Positions 62,613-64,000 of a DNA stretch of 64,000 nucleotides are shown one piece after another. Position numbers and translations under genes: made by a program. The stretch comes from Octopus sinensis (taxonomy: Eukaryota). The notes beneath the pieces are model-generated. The model searched no databases. It saw only the letters and a program-made list of their open reading frames with translations, and had not been told where the DNA came from. The stretch covers positions 11,842,001 through 11,906,000 of the forward strand of contig NC_043003.1 of the NCBI RefSeq assembly GCF_006345805.1, written 5' to 3'. How positions within the stretch are numbered: the stretch's first letter is position 1; each line of letters starts with the position of its first letter.

Positions 62613-63202
62613 AATATATGGAAAATTCTGCAAGAATGAAACCTAGAAGATTGACTCTGTAATTACTGAATACATTTTTTTTTTATATTCCTTCATTATG
62701 CTCTCATTCTACTTTCAATTAAAATGCAAAATAATTAAGATAATTAAATAACATACATGTTATTTTTTTTATAATTATGTTTTGATTTTAAATACAATAT
62801 AAATTTATGAGTTTACTCCAAAACATTATTTTTAAAATTTTTCTGTGGTTTTATTTTAACTACAAAACAATGATCATCTACTTCCTTTAAAGTTGTATTT
62901 TCCCTATGTTTTGGTTTTTCAACACAAAGCAACAATTATGCACTTCCTTTCAAAATTGTATCTTCCTTGTATTTTCATTTCAGACACACAATAACAACTA
63001 TTTACATCCTTTCGGTGCGTATTGTCTTTGTATTTTCATTTTAAATACACAATAACAATTATTATGTACTTCCTGTTAAGACTGTATCATCCTTGTGTTT
63101 AGACTTCGAATAAAATAATGAAAAAAAAAAAAAAAATAGTGAAAATTTAAAACGAAACTGAAATTGCTTGCTATTGCCCTGACGATTATATGTGCTTATA
63201 AG

Positions 63203-63600
63203 GGGGCGAGCTGGCAGAAACGTTAGCACGCCGGGCGAAATGCTTAGCAGTATTTCATCTGCCGCTACGTTCTGAGTTCAAATTCCGCCGAGGTCGACTT
63301 TGCCTTTCATCCTTTCGGGGTCGATAAATTAAGTACCAGTTACGCACTGGGGTCGATGTAATCGACTTAATCCCTTTGTCCTTGTTTGTCCCTTCTATGT
63401 TTAGCCCCTTGTGGGCAGTAAAGAAATAGGTATTTCGTCTGCCGCTACGTTCTGAGTTCAAATTCCGCCGAGGTCGACTTTGTCTTTCATCCTTTCGGGG
63501 TCGATAAAATAAAGTACCAGTTACGCACTGGGTCGATGTAATCGATTTAATCCCTTTGTCTGTCCCCTCTATGTTTAGCCCCTTGTGGGCAATAAAGAAA
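63203..63600 (+). mobile_element. SINE-B dimer
   Basis: Head plus two units with the same junction as other multimers. Confidence 0.92.
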
Positions 63601-63954
63601 TATATATGTGCTTACCACTCCCGCCACCAATCTCGGAACTTTAAAACCTAGTGAAACTCATGGATATATGAGCATATGTATGTGTATGTTTGTGCGTGTG
63701 TATGTGCGTGCGTGTTCGTTCGTATGTGTTTCTGTGCGCGCGTGTTTGGGTGAGTGTGTGCCTGTGTGTGTGTGAAATATAATTTTTTAATCCATTTTTG
63801 AGACTTTTTCCTCGCTTCTCTGCAAAAGAGATATTTTGCGTCACTTTTAATACACACGCACACACACACAACTGCTTTCCCACTTTGGCTCCTTACTCCC
63901 GGTTTTTCCTGTTCTTTCCTCCAATAATTTTCTCTCATTCAATCTCTAACTCTA

Positions 63955-63992
63955 GTTTTCTTCTGATGAAAGTAGAATGTCCGAAACGTCAA
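63955..63992 (+). ncRNA. Degenerate minimal hammerhead motif
   Basis: CTGATGA-AAGTAGAATGTCC-GAAACGTC; stem II eroded; flank resembles the reverse complement of 11072-11170. Confidence 0.4.
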
Positions 63993-64000
63993 TTATTATT

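Overview
AT-rich eukaryotic DNA that is almost entirely interspersed repeats and microsatellites. The repeat families suggest a cephalopod (octopus-like) genome; this is inference from SINE types and microsatellite load, not a database match. I cannot confidently identify a host protein-coding gene, only a few low-confidence minus-strand exon candidates. Most long ORFs in the track are microsatellite translations. Supported content: about 20 copies of a tRNA-headed SINE with an internal (TA)n/(TG)n tract (my label SINE-A); about 15 loci of a second SINE family that forms head-to-tail multimers (SINE-B/C); tRNA-Arg-like SINEs with swapped tails (D/H); an internally deleted mariner; a hAT transposase remnant; four non-autonomous Helitrons; several R4/Dong-type fragments in (TAA)n; RTE, L1/Tx1-like and CR1-like 3' ends; a decayed 2.7-kb Penelope-like element with an inverted terminal repeat; a 1.6-kb array of about 25 x 66-bp units; a 1-kb local duplication; and a 100-N gap. 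The most striking pattern not shown by the ORF track is a set of type I hammerhead ribozyme motifs, three of them apparently near-intact (18238-18325, 39551-39595, 48585-48674). Several lie inside or beside small fold-back (inverted-repeat) structures that mimic the architecture of the Penelope-like element.
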